From Candidatus Rokuibacteriota bacterium (GTDB taxonomy: Bacteria; Methylomirabilota; Methylomirabilia; Rokubacteriales; CSP1-6): 64,000 bases of DNA. The position numbers and the translations under genes are program-made. Below the pieces are notes generated by a model that searched no databases, was not told the origin of the DNA, and worked only from the letters and a program-made list of their open reading frames with translations. Shown here one piece after another: positions 8,680-19,556 of this stretch. The stretch is from positions 530-64,529 of the forward strand of contig QHSO01000027.1 of assembly GCA_003220475.1 (NCBI GenBank), in the 5' to 3' direction. Positions within the stretch are counted from its first letter, which is position 1; every line of letters starts with the position of its first letter.

Positions 8680-9165
8680 ATGGAGGACGAGCGATACGAG
8701 GCGATCGTGCGGCGGGTCGAGCGAGTCGAGCGCGATCTGCGCCGCTGGCGCCGCGTCGCCACCGTGTTGGCGGTGGGCGCCGTCGGGCTCGCGACCGTCG
8801 CGGCCGGCGGCACGCGGGGCCGCGTGGTGGAGGCGCAGAAGTTCGTGGTCAGGGATCTCGCCGGTCGCATCCGTGCGGAGCTCGGCCCGAGCGACAGCGA
8901 CAGGCAGCTCGCGCTGCGCTTTCGGGATCTGACGGGGTCGCCGCGCGTCACGCTCGGCATGGAGGACGAGACCGCGGTGCTCGTGCTCGCGGACAAAACG
9001 GGCCGCCCGCGCGCGGGTCTCGTGACGCTGGCGCAGGGCGTCCCGGGCCTCACGCTCTACGACACCACCGGACGCGCGCGCCTCGAGCTCGGGGTCATCC
9101 GTGAAGGCCAGCCGAGCGTGCGCCTGTTCGACGCGCGCGGCGGCGCGGCGTGGAAGGCGCCGTGA
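8680..9165 (+). CDS. hypothetical membrane-anchored protein with five short repeats
   Basis: GGAGG lies 7 nt upstream of the ATG. N-terminal charged helix, then TM (VATVLAVGAVGLATVAAG), then five repeats of h-x-h-x-D-x-x-G-x-x-R-x-x-L-G. Confidence 0.55.
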   Translation: MEDERYEAIVRRVERVERDLRRWRRVATVLAVGAVGLATVAAGGTRGRVVEAQKFVVRDLAGRIRAELGPSDSDRQLALRFRDLTGSPRVTLGMEDETAVLVLADKTGRPRAGLVTLAQGVPGLTLYDTTGRARLELGVIREGQPSVRLFDARGGAAWKAP

Positions 9166-9181
9166 GACGGAAGAGGACGCG

Positions 9182-10375
9182 CTACACGACGCCGCGCGCG
9201 CGCAGGGCCGCCAGCTCGTCGCGAGTCAGCCCCAGCCGCCCGCAGTAGATCTCCTCGTTGTCGGCGCCGACCTCGAGCGCCCCGGCGTGGCGCACCTCGC
9301 CCGGCGTCAGCGACAGGCGCGGCACGACGCCGACCATGGCGAGCATGCCGCCGAGCGGGCTCGGCAGTGTGAGAATATTGCCGCGCGCGCGCACCTGCGC
9401 GTCCTCGAAGATGTCGCGCACGCTCGCGACGCGCGAGCATGGCACCTCGGCGGCGTCGAGACGCGCCAGCGCCTCGCTCGCGTCGAGGGCCCCGACCCAG
9501 CGTCCGACCGTCGCGTCGACCTCGTCGCGCCGCGCCAGCCGTGCCGCCATCGTCGGAAACTCCGTGACGAGCGCCGGCTGACCCATGGCCTTGACGGCCA
9601 GCCGCTCGAACATGCGATCGTTGGTGCACGCGATCGCGATCCAGCCGGCGTCGCGCGTGGCGTAGTGATTGTGGGGCACGACGTACTCCGTGGCCGAGCC
9701 GATCCGCTCGCGCACGTAGCCGGTCGCGCCGTAGACGGGGATGAGCTCGTCCAGCATGCGCAGCATCGGCTCATAGAGGCCGATGTCGACCACCTGCCCC
9801 TCGCCCGTGCGGTCGCGATGGCGCAGCGCCGTCAGCGTGCCGAAGGCCCCGAACGCGCCCGCGAGATAGTCGGGAATCGTCGGGGTGCCCGGGCTCACCG
9901 GTGGTCGATCGGGATGGCCGGACAGATAGGACGCGCCGCTCACCGCGGCGGCGATGCGGCCGAAGCCCGGGCGTTCTCGCGCCGGCCCCGACTGGCCGAA
10001 TGCGGAGATGCGGACCATCACGAGGCCGCGGTTCACCGCGTGGAGCTCGTCCCACCCGAGGCCCCAGCGCTCCATTGTTCCGGGACGGAAATTCTCGGCG
10101 AGCACGTCGGCGGAGGCGGCGAGACGCTTCAGCAGCGCCTGGCCCTCGGGCACGCGGAGGTTGCAGGTGATCGACTGCTTGTTGCGCGACTCGACCAGCC
10201 ACCAGTCCGGCTGTCCGCTCGCCGCGCGCCGGCCGAGGCGACGCAGATCGTCGCCGATCCCGGGCTGCTCGATCTTGATCACGGAGGCGCCGAACTCGCC
10301 GAGCAGCGTGCAGCAGAACGGCGCGGCGACGAACGTCGCGCAGTCGAGCACGGTCAGCCCGTCGAGCGCTTGCAT
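9182..10375 (-). CDS. CoA transferase, family III (CaiB/BaiF)
   Basis: Starts MQALDGLTVLDCATFVAAPFCCTLLGEFGASVIKIE. 397 aa, typical family III length and N-terminus. Confidence 0.85.
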   Translation of the reverse strand: MQALDGLTVLDCATFVAAPFCCTLLGEFGASVIKIEQPGIGDDLRRLGRRAASGQPDWWLVESRNKQSITCNLRVPEGQALLKRLAASADVLAENFRPGTMERWGLGWDELHAVNRGLVMVRISAFGQSGPARERPGFGRIAAAVSGASYLSGHPDRPPVSPGTPTIPDYLAGAFGAFGTLTALRHRDRTGEGQVVDIGLYEPMLRMLDELIPVYGATGYVRERIGSATEYVVPHNHYATRDAGWIAIACTNDRMFERLAVKAMGQPALVTEFPTMAARLARRDEVDATVGRWVGALDASEALARLDAAEVPCSRVASVRDIFEDAQVRARGNILTLPSPLGGMLAMVGVVPRLSLTPGEVRHAGALEVGADNEEIYCGRLGLTRDELAALRARGVV

Positions 10376-10725
10376 TTCTCGGCGTCCACCCAGGCCTGCC
10401 ACTCTTCCGGCGTGTGACCGATCGTGACCTTCGCGCCGTTGCGGATGAGCGGCGTGCGCAGCAGGCGCGGCGCCGTCAGCGCGCGCTCGAGCAGGCGCTG
10501 GGGTGAGTCGAGCGCGACGCGCAGCCCCATCGCCACGTAGGGAGCGCTCTCCTTGTCGACGACCGCGGCCGGCCCGAAGCGTTCGGCGAAGCGCCGCAGC
10601 TCGCCCTTCGAGGCGGGGCGCTCGTCGAGATCGACGAAATGCACGGCGATCCGGCGCTCCGCGAAAAAGCGCTGCGCTTTGCGGGTGTCCTGACAGTCGT
10701 GAAACCCGAAAATCTGAATGTTCAT
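10354..10725 (-). CDS. ArsC/Spx/YffB-family (glutaredoxin-fold) protein
   Basis: 123 aa. MNIQIFGFHDCQDTRKAQRFFAERRI... has the layout of ArsC-family reductase-like proteins. Confidence 0.75.
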   Translation of the reverse strand: MNIQIFGFHDCQDTRKAQRFFAERRIAVHFVDLDERPASKGELRRFAERFGPAAVVDKESAPYVAMGLRVALDSPQRLLERALTAPRLLRTPLIRNGAKVTIGHTPEEWQAWVDAEKCKRSTG

Positions 10726-10726
10726 T

Positions 10727-10793
10727 GTAGCGGGGTCGGCGAGGCCGGCTTTGACCGTGGGTGGCCTGTTCTAGGCACGACCCGGCTCCGTGC
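10727..10793 (-). repeat. repeat family B copy (core AACAGGCCACCCACGGNCNAAGCCGGCCTCGC)
   Basis: The reverse complement aligns with 26770-26836. A 33-nt core differs at 2 positions and the flanks are partly similar. Overlaps the last codons and stop of the PHP gene. Confidence 0.75.
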
Positions 10794-11652
10794 GCTTCGG
10801 CGTGTGTCCGGGTTGCTGCTCGCTCGCTCGCTGGGCGGCGGCTTTCAATTCTTCCCACACGCTCATCGGGACCGGCGGATGACCGAGCTGGTTCGTTCGG
10901 CCACTGCGCTCGCCGTGATAATCCGAGCCGCCGGTGGCGACGAGACGATGGGCGCGGCAGAGGTCCTTGTAGTGCGCCGTCTGCGCCGCCGAGTGCTCGG
11001 CGTAGATCGCCTCGATGCCCAGCAGCCCCGCCTCGATCAGCTCGGGAATGAGCGCGTCGCGATCCGCCAGCCCGGGATGCGCGAAGACCGGAACGCCGCG
11101 CGCGCGGCGAATCAGCCGAACCGCGTCCGCGGGCGTGAGCCGCCTGCGGGGAACGTTCGCGGGGCCGTTGGTGTGCAGATAGCGGTCGAACGCTTCTCGC
11201 ACGGACGTCACATAGCCGCGCTGCACCATCACCTGCGCCACGTGCGGCCGTCCGGCCGAACCCTCCTTCACGAGCGCGAACACTTCGGCGGGATCGATCG
11301 GCATGCCGAGCTCGGCGAGCCGCGCGGCGATGCGATGCACGCGCGCCGCGCGCTCGACACGCTGCTCACGCAGGAAGTCCTGAAACCAGGCCGCCTCGGT
11401 GTCGACGTAGTAGCCGAGGATGTGCACCTCGGCGCCGGGCACGTCGCAATTGATCTCGAGGCCCGGCACGATGGTCAGCGGCGGGTGCCGCGTGGCCTCG
11501 TCGATGGCGTCGCGCAGCCCGTCGGTCGAATCGTGATCCGTCACCGCGAGCACGCGCACGCCGCGCTGCGCGGCCGCCCGCACCAGCTCGCGCGGCGTCA
11601 GTGTGCCGTCGGACGCCGTCGTGTGCGAGTGCAGGTCTACGCCGCCGGTCAT
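10771..11652 (-). CDS. PHP-domain phosphoesterase (TrpH/YciV-like)
   Basis: The VDLHSHTTASDG motif is followed by VLAVTDHDS. 293 aa. Confidence 0.85.
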   Translation of the reverse strand: MTGGVDLHSHTTASDGTLTPRELVRAAAQRGVRVLAVTDHDSTDGLRDAIDEATRHPPLTIVPGLEINCDVPGAEVHILGYYVDTEAAWFQDFLREQRVERAARVHRIAARLAELGMPIDPAEVFALVKEGSAGRPHVAQVMVQRGYVTSVREAFDRYLHTNGPANVPRRRLTPADAVRLIRRARGVPVFAHPGLADRDALIPELIEAGLLGIEAIYAEHSAAQTAHYKDLCRAHRLVATGGSDYHGERSGRTNQLGHPPVPMSVWEELKAAAQRASEQQPGHTPKRTEPGRA

Positions 11653-11658
11653 GTGTAC

Positions 11659-11835
11659 TGGGGGCCCCGAAATGGCCCCCAGACCCCCAGACGCTCGGAA
11701 CCGCGCCGGCGCAGCCGTCGCGGTCCTCGGTCACGGCGTGCGCGACATCGGGGGCCCCGAAATGGCCCCCAGACCCCCCACTGCTCGGAACCGCGCCGGC
11801 GCAGCCGTCGCGGTCCTCGGTCACGGTGTGTTGCG
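11659..11835 (+). repeat. repeat family A, two tandem copies (90-bp period)
   Basis: TGGGGGCCCCGAAATGGCCCCCAGACCCCC...CGCGCCGGCGCAGCCGTCGCGGTCCTCGG occurs at 11659-11730 and 11749-11820. Nearly identical copies, between the pepA stop and the PHP start. Confidence 0.9.
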
Positions 11836-11878
11836 CCCGTGCGCAGCCGTGGCGCGGCTCGGGCTGAGGCCGGACGTA

Positions 11879-13366
11879 TCATTCCCGCGACATCAGATAG
11901 CAGAGCATCGTGCGCACAGGCGCGCCGGTGGCGCCCTTGGGGCCCATCGCCGTGTCCTTCTCGACGAACGCGGGGCCCGCGATGTCCAGGTGCACCCACG
12001 GCCGGTCGGCCGCGAACTCCTTGAGGAAGAGTCCCGCGGTGATGGCGCCGCCGCCGCGCGGGCCGACGTTGTTGAAGTCGGCGACGTCGCTCTTGAGGTT
12101 CTCGCGATACTCGTCGATGAGCGGCAGCTGCCAGACCCGCTCGCCGGCGTTCTCGGCCGCGGCCAGGATACGGTCCGCGAGCGCCTGATCGTTCGCGAAG
12201 AGGCCGGAGCACAACGGGCCGAGGGCGACGACGCAGGCACCGGTGAGCGTCGCCATGTCGACCATCTCCTCGGCGTCGACCTTCTCGGCCGCATAGCACA
12301 TCGCGTCGGCGAGCGTCAGGCGTCCCTCGGCGTCGGTGTTGCCGATCTCCACGGTGGTGCCGTTCATCGCGCGCAGCACGTCGCCGGGGCGGACGGCCCC
12401 ACCTGAGGGCATGTTCTCGGTGGCCGCGATGAGACCGTGCACCTCGACCGGCGGCGACAATCGAGGCAGCGCGCGCATGATCGCGAGGACGGCGGCGGCG
12501 CCCGACATGTCGTTCTTCATCCGCAGCATCCCCTCGGCCGACTTGAGGTCGAGGCCCCCCGAGTCGAACGTGATGCCCTTGCCGATCACGGCCACGCGCC
12601 GGCGCCGGCGGCCCGAGGGCGTGTACGAGAGGTGGATGAACTTCGGCGGCTGCTCGCTGCCCGCGGCCACGCCGAGGAACAGCCCCATGCCCATCTTCTG
12701 GCATTCGGCGCGGTCGAACACCTTGAGCCCGAGCTTCGCCTCTTTCGCGATGTCGGCCGCCACCTTCGCGAGATATGTGGGATGCACGTCGTTGGCGGGG
12801 CTGTTGATCAGATCGCGCGCGAAGCACGTGGCGTCCGCGAAGACCTCGCCGGTGCGCGCGCCGTCGGTGACCTCGCGCCGCCGGCGGGCGTCGGGTTCCA
12901 CGACGCTCAGCGACTCGACGCGTTTTTCGGCCTTCTCGCGCTTGTAGCGGTCGAACGTGTACGCGCCGAGCAGCGCGCCTTCGGTCACCGAGTGCGCGCG
13001 CGAGCGGGCGGGCAGTCGGTCACCCAGCACGTCGATGGCGACGGCCTTCGCGCCGAGGTCGCGCGCACGGCGCAGCCCGCCCGACGCCGCGCGACGCACG
13101 GTCTCGAGCGTCAGGTCCGTGCGCTTGCCGAGGCCGACCACGACGACACGGCCGGCGGGAATGCGGCCGGCGGTGTGCAGATGCGTGACGTGCGCGGGCT
13201 TGGCCCCGAAGCGCTCGGCCTCGAGAACGTTGGACACCTGCCCGTCGAGCGCGCGGTCGACGCGCGCGGCGACGTCGCGCAGCTTGCCCTCCTCCGCGTA
13301 CACACCGATGACGATCGCGTCGGTCCGGCACGTCTCGAGCGGTCCCGCAACAACGTCGATCTTCAC
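11879..13366 (-). CDS. pepA: leucyl aminopeptidase (M17)
   Basis: NTDAEGRL signature and M17 catalytic region. 495 aa. The start overlaps the NUDIX stop (GTGA). Confidence 0.9.
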   Translation of the reverse strand: MKIDVVAGPLETCRTDAIVIGVYAEEGKLRDVAARVDRALDGQVSNVLEAERFGAKPAHVTHLHTAGRIPAGRVVVVGLGKRTDLTLETVRRAASGGLRRARDLGAKAVAIDVLGDRLPARSRAHSVTEGALLGAYTFDRYKREKAEKRVESLSVVEPDARRRREVTDGARTGEVFADATCFARDLINSPANDVHPTYLAKVAADIAKEAKLGLKVFDRAECQKMGMGLFLGVAAGSEQPPKFIHLSYTPSGRRRRRVAVIGKGITFDSGGLDLKSAEGMLRMKNDMSGAAAVLAIMRALPRLSPPVEVHGLIAATENMPSGGAVRPGDVLRAMNGTTVEIGNTDAEGRLTLADAMCYAAEKVDAEEMVDMATLTGACVVALGPLCSGLFANDQALADRILAAAENAGERVWQLPLIDEYRENLKSDVADFNNVGPRGGGAITAGLFLKEFAADRPWVHLDIAGPAFVEKDTAMGPKGATGAPVRTMLCYLMSRE

Positions 13367-13860
13367 GACGCACCTCCCGCGGCGAGCGCGGCGGCGCGCC
13401 GGATCATGTCCATGAGCCCGTCCGTCGTGAGCAGCCGCTCCACCTCGTCGATCGGCACCCAGCGCACCTCCGCCGCGTCGTCGCCGGCCGTGATCGTGTC
13501 GTCATCGGACTCCGGGAAGGCCAGGTAATCCACCAGCACCCAATGATAGCGAACGCGTCCGTCGGCATCGTGCGTGACGCGATCGACCACGCCCGCGAGT
13601 CCCACGACGCGCACCTTGATGCCACACTCCTCCTCGACCTCCCGGCGCGCGGCGGCCACCGACGTCTCGCCGAGCTCCACGAGCCCGCCGGGCAGGCTCC
13701 AGCGTCCTTCCGCCGGCGGCTTGCCCCGGCGCACGAGCAGCACGCGCTCGCGCGAGAGCACGACGGCGCCCACACCGACGCGGGGATAGTCGGGATACTC
13801 ACGGCTCACGCGACGGCCCCTATGGGTGCGCGGGCGCAGCGAGGAACGTCTCGCGCCCAT
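13363..13860 (-). CDS. NUDIX hydrolase
   Basis: Nudix box GGLVELGETSVAAARREVEEECG. An alternative GTG start at 13809 would avoid the 41-nt overlap with the upstream gene. Confidence 0.8.
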   Translation of the reverse strand: MGARRSSLRPRTHRGRRVSREYPDYPRVGVGAVVLSRERVLLVRRGKPPAEGRWSLPGGLVELGETSVAAARREVEEECGIKVRVVGLAGVVDRVTHDADGRVRYHWVLVDYLAFPESDDDTITAGDDAAEVRWVPIDEVERLLTTDGLMDMIRRAAALAAGGAS

Positions 13861-14620
13861 AGCGCTCGGCGACCAGTGTCTCCACGCGCGCGCTCTCGTC
13901 CGCCGTCAGCCCACCCGGCTCCAGCGTCAGTCCGTGCTCGTCCTCGAACGCGCGCGCAAGCGCATCGGCGACCGCGTCGAACGTCGGCCGACTCCCGAGG
14001 GCGGCCTCGAGCGTGGTGAGTGTCGCGAGCGGATCACGGGTGGTCGGAAACAGCGCGCGCAGGCGCGCGGCATCCGCGCCGAGCAGCACGGCGCCGTGCT
14101 GCAGGAACGACGTGCCGAGCCGCCGCTGCGCGCTGCCGACCAGCTTGCGGCCGCCGACCTCGATCTCGAAGGCGCCGGTGCGCGCGAAACAGAACGCCGG
14201 ATCGGGGCCGAGCCCGCGGCCCGTCGGGACCATCTCCGCGTTCGCGCCCAGGGCATTGATCCCGCGCACGAGCGCACGCGCGATCCAGCGATACGTCTCG
14301 AGCAGATCGGCGCCGACGCCGAGGTCGTCGGCGGTCGCCGTCACGCAATACGTGAGCTCACGCTCCGGGCCGTCGTGGTAAATCGCGCTGCCGCCCGTCG
14401 GCCGGCGCACGAGGCCGACGCCGAAGCGGCGGCACGCGTCGACGTCCACGTGGCGATCGAGCGGCTGGCCGTAGCCGATCGACACCGTCGGCGGATCCCA
14501 GGCGAAGAAGCGCACGGTGGGCGGCGAAGTGCCGGCGTGGCGGCCGCGCCACAGCGTCTCGTCAATCGCCATGTTGGTGGCCCCGTCGCACGGCTCGGTG
14601 ATGAGAAGCCGCCAATTCAT
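13820..14620 (-). CDS. lipoate-protein ligase / octanoyltransferase family protein (BPL/LPL catalytic domain)
   Basis: Begins MNWRLLITEPCDGATNMAIDETLW...VRFFAWDPPTVSIGYGQ. Sits just downstream of the gcv operon. Confidence 0.8.
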   Translation of the reverse strand: MNWRLLITEPCDGATNMAIDETLWRGRHAGTSPPTVRFFAWDPPTVSIGYGQPLDRHVDVDACRRFGVGLVRRPTGGSAIYHDGPERELTYCVTATADDLGVGADLLETYRWIARALVRGINALGANAEMVPTGRGLGPDPAFCFARTGAFEIEVGGRKLVGSAQRRLGTSFLQHGAVLLGADAARLRALFPTTRDPLATLTTLEAALGSRPTFDAVADALARAFEDEHGLTLEPGGLTADESARVETLVAERYGRETFLAAPAHP

Positions 14621-14622
14621 GT

Positions 14623-14692
14623 TGGGGGCCCCGAAATGGCCCCCAAACCCCCAACGCTCGGGACGCCCCGGGAAACCCGTGGCGCCCCTCGG
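14623..14692 (+). repeat. repeat family A copy
   Basis: TGGGGGCCCCGAAATGGCCCCCAAACCCCC...CGCCCCGGGAAACCCGTGGCG...CCTCGG fills the gap between the gcvPB stop (14700) and the ligase start (14620). Confidence 0.9.
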
Positions 14693-14699
14693 TCTCGCG

Positions 14700-16157
14700 C
14701 TAGCGCTTGGGGCTCCACGTGAGGTTCGGCTCGCGGGCGGCGCGCGTCTGGTCGAGACGTCGTACGGGCGTCGTCACCGGCGCCGCGGTGGCGATGGCGG
14801 GGTTCTCCTGCGCTTCGCGGGCGATCTGGATCATCGCATCGCAGAACGCGTCGAGCGTCTCCTTGGACTCGGTTTCCGTCGGCTCGATCATCAGCGCCTC
14901 CTCGACGATCAGCGGGAAGTACGTCGAGGGCGCGTAGAAGCCAAGGTCGAGCAGTCGCTTGGCGATGTCCGTGGCCGTGACGCCCTGCTTCTTCTGCCGC
15001 CGCGCCGACAACACGCACTCGTGCATGCAGGGGCCGGGCACCGAGACGTCGTAGTCCGCCTCGAGCCGCTTCATGATGTAGTTGGCGTTGAGCACGGCAT
15101 TGTCCGAGACGCTGCGCAGGCCGTCAGCGCCCATCGTGCGGATATAGGTGTAGGCGCGCACGAGCATGCCGAAGTTGCCCCAGAAGGCCTGCAGCTTGCC
15201 GATCGACTTCGGCCGCTTGTCGTCGAGCGCGTAGGCGTCGCCGTTCTTGACCACCACGGGCGTCGGCAGGAACGGCTCGAGGTGCGCCTTGATGCCGACC
15301 GGCCCCGCCCCCGGCCCGCCGCCGCCGTGCGGCGTCGTGAACGTCTTGTGCAGGTTGAAGTGGCAGACGTCGAAGCCGAGGTCGCCCGGCCGCGTGATGC
15401 CGAGGATGGCGTTGAGGTTGGCCCCGTCCATGTAGACCTGCACGCCCTTGGCGTGACAGATCTCGGTGATCTCCATGATGCGCGGCTCGAACATTCCCAG
15501 TGTGTTCGGCACCGTGATCATGAAGGCGGCGACGTCCGGCCCCACTTCGCGCGCGAGCGCCTCCAGGTCGACCTCGCCGTTCGGCAGCGACTTCACCTCC
15601 ACGACCTCGTACCCGGCGATCGCGGTGGACGCCGGATTCGTGCCGTGCGCGGAGTCGGGGATGAGGACCTTCGTGCGCTTCTCGCTGCGCGAGGCGTGGT
15701 AGGCGCGGATCATCAGGACGCCGGCGAACTCGCCCTGCGCGCCGGCCGCCGGCTGCAGCGAGACCGCGTCCATGCCGGCGATCTCGGCCAGCATCTGCGC
15801 GAGCTCGTGCATCAGCTGGAGCGCGCCCTGCGCGTCCTCCGGCCGGGTCAGCGGGTGCAGCCGGGCGAAGCCCGGCACGCGCGCCATGTCCTCGTTGATC
15901 TTCGGGTTGTACTTCATCGTGCACGAGCCCAGCGGATAGAAGTGCGTGTCGACGCCGTAGTTCATGCGCGACAGGCGCGAGTAGTGGCGCACGACGTCGA
16001 ACTCCGAGACCTCGGGCAGCGCGGGGGCGGCGCCGCGCAGGAATTTCTTGGGCAGCACATCGGCCAGCGGCCGGCCCGGCACGTCGCTCTCCGGCAGCGA
16101 GAAGCCGATGCGCCCCGGCGACGACAGCTCGAAGACCAGCTTGTCGTAGGCGCTCAT
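14700..16157 (-). CDS. gcvPB: glycine dehydrogenase (aminomethyl-transferring) subunit 2
   Basis: 485 aa, typical GcvPB sequence ([21 protein letters not shown]...). ATGA overlap with gcvPA. Confidence 0.95.
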   Translation of the reverse strand: MSAYDKLVFELSSPGRIGFSLPESDVPGRPLADVLPKKFLRGAAPALPEVSEFDVVRHYSRLSRMNYGVDTHFYPLGSCTMKYNPKINEDMARVPGFARLHPLTRPEDAQGALQLMHELAQMLAEIAGMDAVSLQPAAGAQGEFAGVLMIRAYHASRSEKRTKVLIPDSAHGTNPASTAIAGYEVVEVKSLPNGEVDLEALAREVGPDVAAFMITVPNTLGMFEPRIMEITEICHAKGVQVYMDGANLNAILGITRPGDLGFDVCHFNLHKTFTTPHGGGGPGAGPVGIKAHLEPFLPTPVVVKNGDAYALDDKRPKSIGKLQAFWGNFGMLVRAYTYIRTMGADGLRSVSDNAVLNANYIMKRLEADYDVSVPGPCMHECVLSARRQKKQGVTATDIAKRLLDLGFYAPSTYFPLIVEEALMIEPTETESKETLDAFCDAMIQIAREAQENPAIATAAPVTTPVRRLDQTRAAREPNLTWSPKR

Positions 16158-17503
16158 TTGAGCACCTCAGCGAGCGCCGCGGCGTAGGCGTCGATCTCCT
16201 CGCGCGTGCGCTGCTCGGTCACGGCCACCAGCAGGCAATCGGCGAGCGCGCGGTCGTAGGTCCTGAGCGGCACGCCCGGCAGGATCCGCTTGCGCGCCAG
16301 CTTGCCCACGACGGTCGTCGGTGACTTCGGCAGCCTGAGCGTGAACTCCTTGAAGAACGGACTCGCGAAGCGCAGCGACACGCCCGGCACCTTCGTCAGC
16401 TGCTCGGCCGCGTAGTGCGCCTTGGCGGCGGACAGCTCGCCCACGCGCTGCAGCCCCTGCTTGCCGAGCGTCGCCATGTAGATGGTCGCCATCAGCGCAC
16501 AGAGCGCCACGTTGGTGCAGATGTTCGACGTCGCCTTGGCGCGGCGGATATGCTGCTCGCGCGTCTGCAGCGTCAGCACGAAGCCACGCTGGCCGTCGCG
16601 GTCGACCGTCGCGCCGACCAGTCGACCCGGCATCCGGCGCACGAGCTCGTTCTTGGCGGCGAACACGCCGAGGTTCGGGCCGCCGAACGACATCGGCACG
16701 CCGAGCCCCTGCCCCTCGCCGACCACGATGTCCGCGCCCAGGCGTCCCGGCGCCTCCAACACGCCGAGGTTCACGGGGTCGGCGACGACGATCAGCAGCG
16801 CACCCGCCGCGTGCGCGATCTCGGCGGCGGCCGCCACGTCCTCGAGGCACCCGTAGAAGTTCGGCGACTGGACGACGAGCGCGGCCGTCTTCTTGCCGAT
16901 GAGCTTCGTCGCCGCCTCGACGTCGAGCACGCCCTCCGGCGCGGGCACGTCGCGCAGACGGATCGCCGGGCCGTCACAGTAGGTCGCGGTCACCCGGCGG
17001 TAGAGCGGATGGACGCCGCGGGCCAGCACGACCTCCGTGCGCTCGGTGACGGCGTGCGCCATCAGCGCGGCCTCGGCCAGCGAGCTGGCGCCATCGTAGA
17101 TCGACGCGTTGGCCACGTCCATGCCGGTGAGCTCGGCGATCATCGTCTGGTACTCGTAGATGGTCCGCAGCGTGCCCTGGCTCGCCTCCGGCTGGTACGG
17201 CGTGTACGCGGTGAAGAACTCGCCCCGCGAGATCAGATGGTTGATCGGGCTCGGCACGTAATGGTCGTAGGAGCCGCCGCCCTGGAAGCACGCGTAGCGG
17301 TCCGCGTCGGCGTTCCTGGCGGCGAGCGCGCGCAGGTGACGGATCAGGTCCGCCTCGGCCAGCGCCGGCGCCAGCGCGAGCGGCCGCGAGAGCCGCGCCT
17401 TCGGTGGAATCCTGACGAGCAGGTCCTCGATCGAAGCGGCGCCGATCGTCCGCAGCATGTCGCGCTGCTCGGCCGACGTATTCGCGATGTAGCGACTCGT
17501 CAT
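16154..17503 (-). CDS. gcvPA: glycine dehydrogenase (aminomethyl-transferring) subunit 1
   Basis: Starts [21 protein letters not shown] (ATG 17503). 449 aa. The longer ORF in the track is an upstream read-through. Confidence 0.95.
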   Translation of the reverse strand: MTSRYIANTSAEQRDMLRTIGAASIEDLLVRIPPKARLSRPLALAPALAEADLIRHLRALAARNADADRYACFQGGGSYDHYVPSPINHLISRGEFFTAYTPYQPEASQGTLRTIYEYQTMIAELTGMDVANASIYDGASSLAEAALMAHAVTERTEVVLARGVHPLYRRVTATYCDGPAIRLRDVPAPEGVLDVEAATKLIGKKTAALVVQSPNFYGCLEDVAAAAEIAHAAGALLIVVADPVNLGVLEAPGRLGADIVVGEGQGLGVPMSFGGPNLGVFAAKNELVRRMPGRLVGATVDRDGQRGFVLTLQTREQHIRRAKATSNICTNVALCALMATIYMATLGKQGLQRVGELSAAKAHYAAEQLTKVPGVSLRFASPFFKEFTLRLPKSPTTVVGKLARKRILPGVPLRTYDRALADCLLVAVTEQRTREEIDAYAAALAEVLK

Positions 17504-17895
17504 CAATGCGCGCCCTGCGCCACGAACTCCTCGTACTGCTGCGACGTCAGGAGCTGGTCGAGCTCGCCGGCGTTCGAGGGTTTGACCACGATCATCCAGC
17601 CCTTGCCATAGGGATCCTTGTTGACCGTTTCGGGCTTCTGCGGCAGCTCGGCGTTGATCTCGAGGACCTCGCCCGAGATCGGCGCGAACAGGTCGGACAC
17701 GGCCTTGACCGACTCGACGACGCCGAACGCCTGGTGTGCGGTGACCTTTGCGCCGACCTTCGGGAGCTCCACGAACACCACGTCGCCCAGCTGCTCCTGC
17801 GCGAAGTGCGTGATCCCGACGCGCACGCGGTCGCCCTCGCGCTTGGCCCACTCGTGCTCGCGCGTGTACTTGAGGTCGCCTGGAACGTTGGCCAT
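17503..17895 (-). CDS. gcvH: glycine cleavage system protein H
   Basis: 130 aa with the lipoyl-lysine motif VESVKAVSD. Confidence 0.95.
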   Translation of the reverse strand: MANVPGDLKYTREHEWAKREGDRVRVGITHFAQEQLGDVVFVELPKVGAKVTAHQAFGVVESVKAVSDLFAPISGEVLEINAELPQKPETVNKDPYGKGWMIVVKPSNAGELDQLLTSQQYEEFVAQGAH

Positions 17896-17906
17896 GCGCT
17901 AGGTCC

Positions 17907-19046
<1,140 letters not shown>

Positions 19047-19106
19047 GGCCCGGGCCTCCGCCTCGCAAGCGCATACCCGGCATCCCGCTTGCTATTCCTG
19101 AGGGGC

Positions 19107-19526
19107 ATGAGCGATGCGATGCGGCCGGGACGCAATCGGTTGCGGGTTCTCCTCGTCGAGGATTCACAGGACATCCGTGAAGTCTTTACGCTCCTGCTCC
19201 GCGCCGAGGGGGCCGAGGTGGTCGCGACGGCGAGCGGGCGGGAGGCCATCGAGCAGACCGCGAAGCGCGACTTCGACGTCGTGCTGACGGACCTCGGGCT
19301 GCCCGATATCCCCGGCGATACGGTGATCCGCCGCGTCCTCGCGAACTCCCGGCGACGTCCGCGCATCATCGTCGTGACGGGCTATGACGAGCCGTTCAAG
19401 AGCCGCGCGCGCGAGGCCGGCGCGGACGTTGTCTTCAACAAGCCGATCGTCTGGTCGACGCTCGCCCGCGCGCTGGCCGAGACGGCGCGCAAACAGCAAG
19501 GCGCCGACCACTTCGCCGCCGCCTAG
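19107..19526 (+). CDS. single-domain response regulator (CheY-like receiver)
   Basis: RVLLVEDSQD...DVVLTDLGLPD...VVTGY...KP receiver pattern. 139 aa, no output domain. Confidence 0.85.
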   Translation: MSDAMRPGRNRLRVLLVEDSQDIREVFTLLLRAEGAEVVATASGREAIEQTAKRDFDVVLTDLGLPDIPGDTVIRRVLANSRRRPRIIVVTGYDEPFKSRAREAGADVVFNKPIVWSTLARALAETARKQQGADHFAAA

Positions 19527-19556
19527 GTTGTAAGTTCTTCCCGTTGCCGGGAAGCC

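Noticed and set aside
11659-11730. Repeat A as a simple Rho-independent terminator.
   Set aside because: No U/T tract follows either hairpin in either orientation. Several copies sit inside operons directly before start codons. A terminator role is not excluded, but it does not explain the conserved two-hairpin architecture.
11603-11867. ORFs translating the repeat-A copies (GGPEMAPRPP..., GAPKWPPDPQ...) as small conserved proteins.
   Set aside because: The copies are read in different frames and strands at different loci. Conservation follows base-pairing rather than codon structure, and there are no start or RBS signals.
19047-19200. Possible glycine riboswitch upstream of gcvT.
   Set aside because: Only about 60 nt separate gcvT from the divergent response-regulator gene. 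I could not find the conserved aptamer cores (GGAGAG...CACCGAAGGGGCAA...CTCAGGCAAAAGGAC type). An isolated CTCAGG is not enough.
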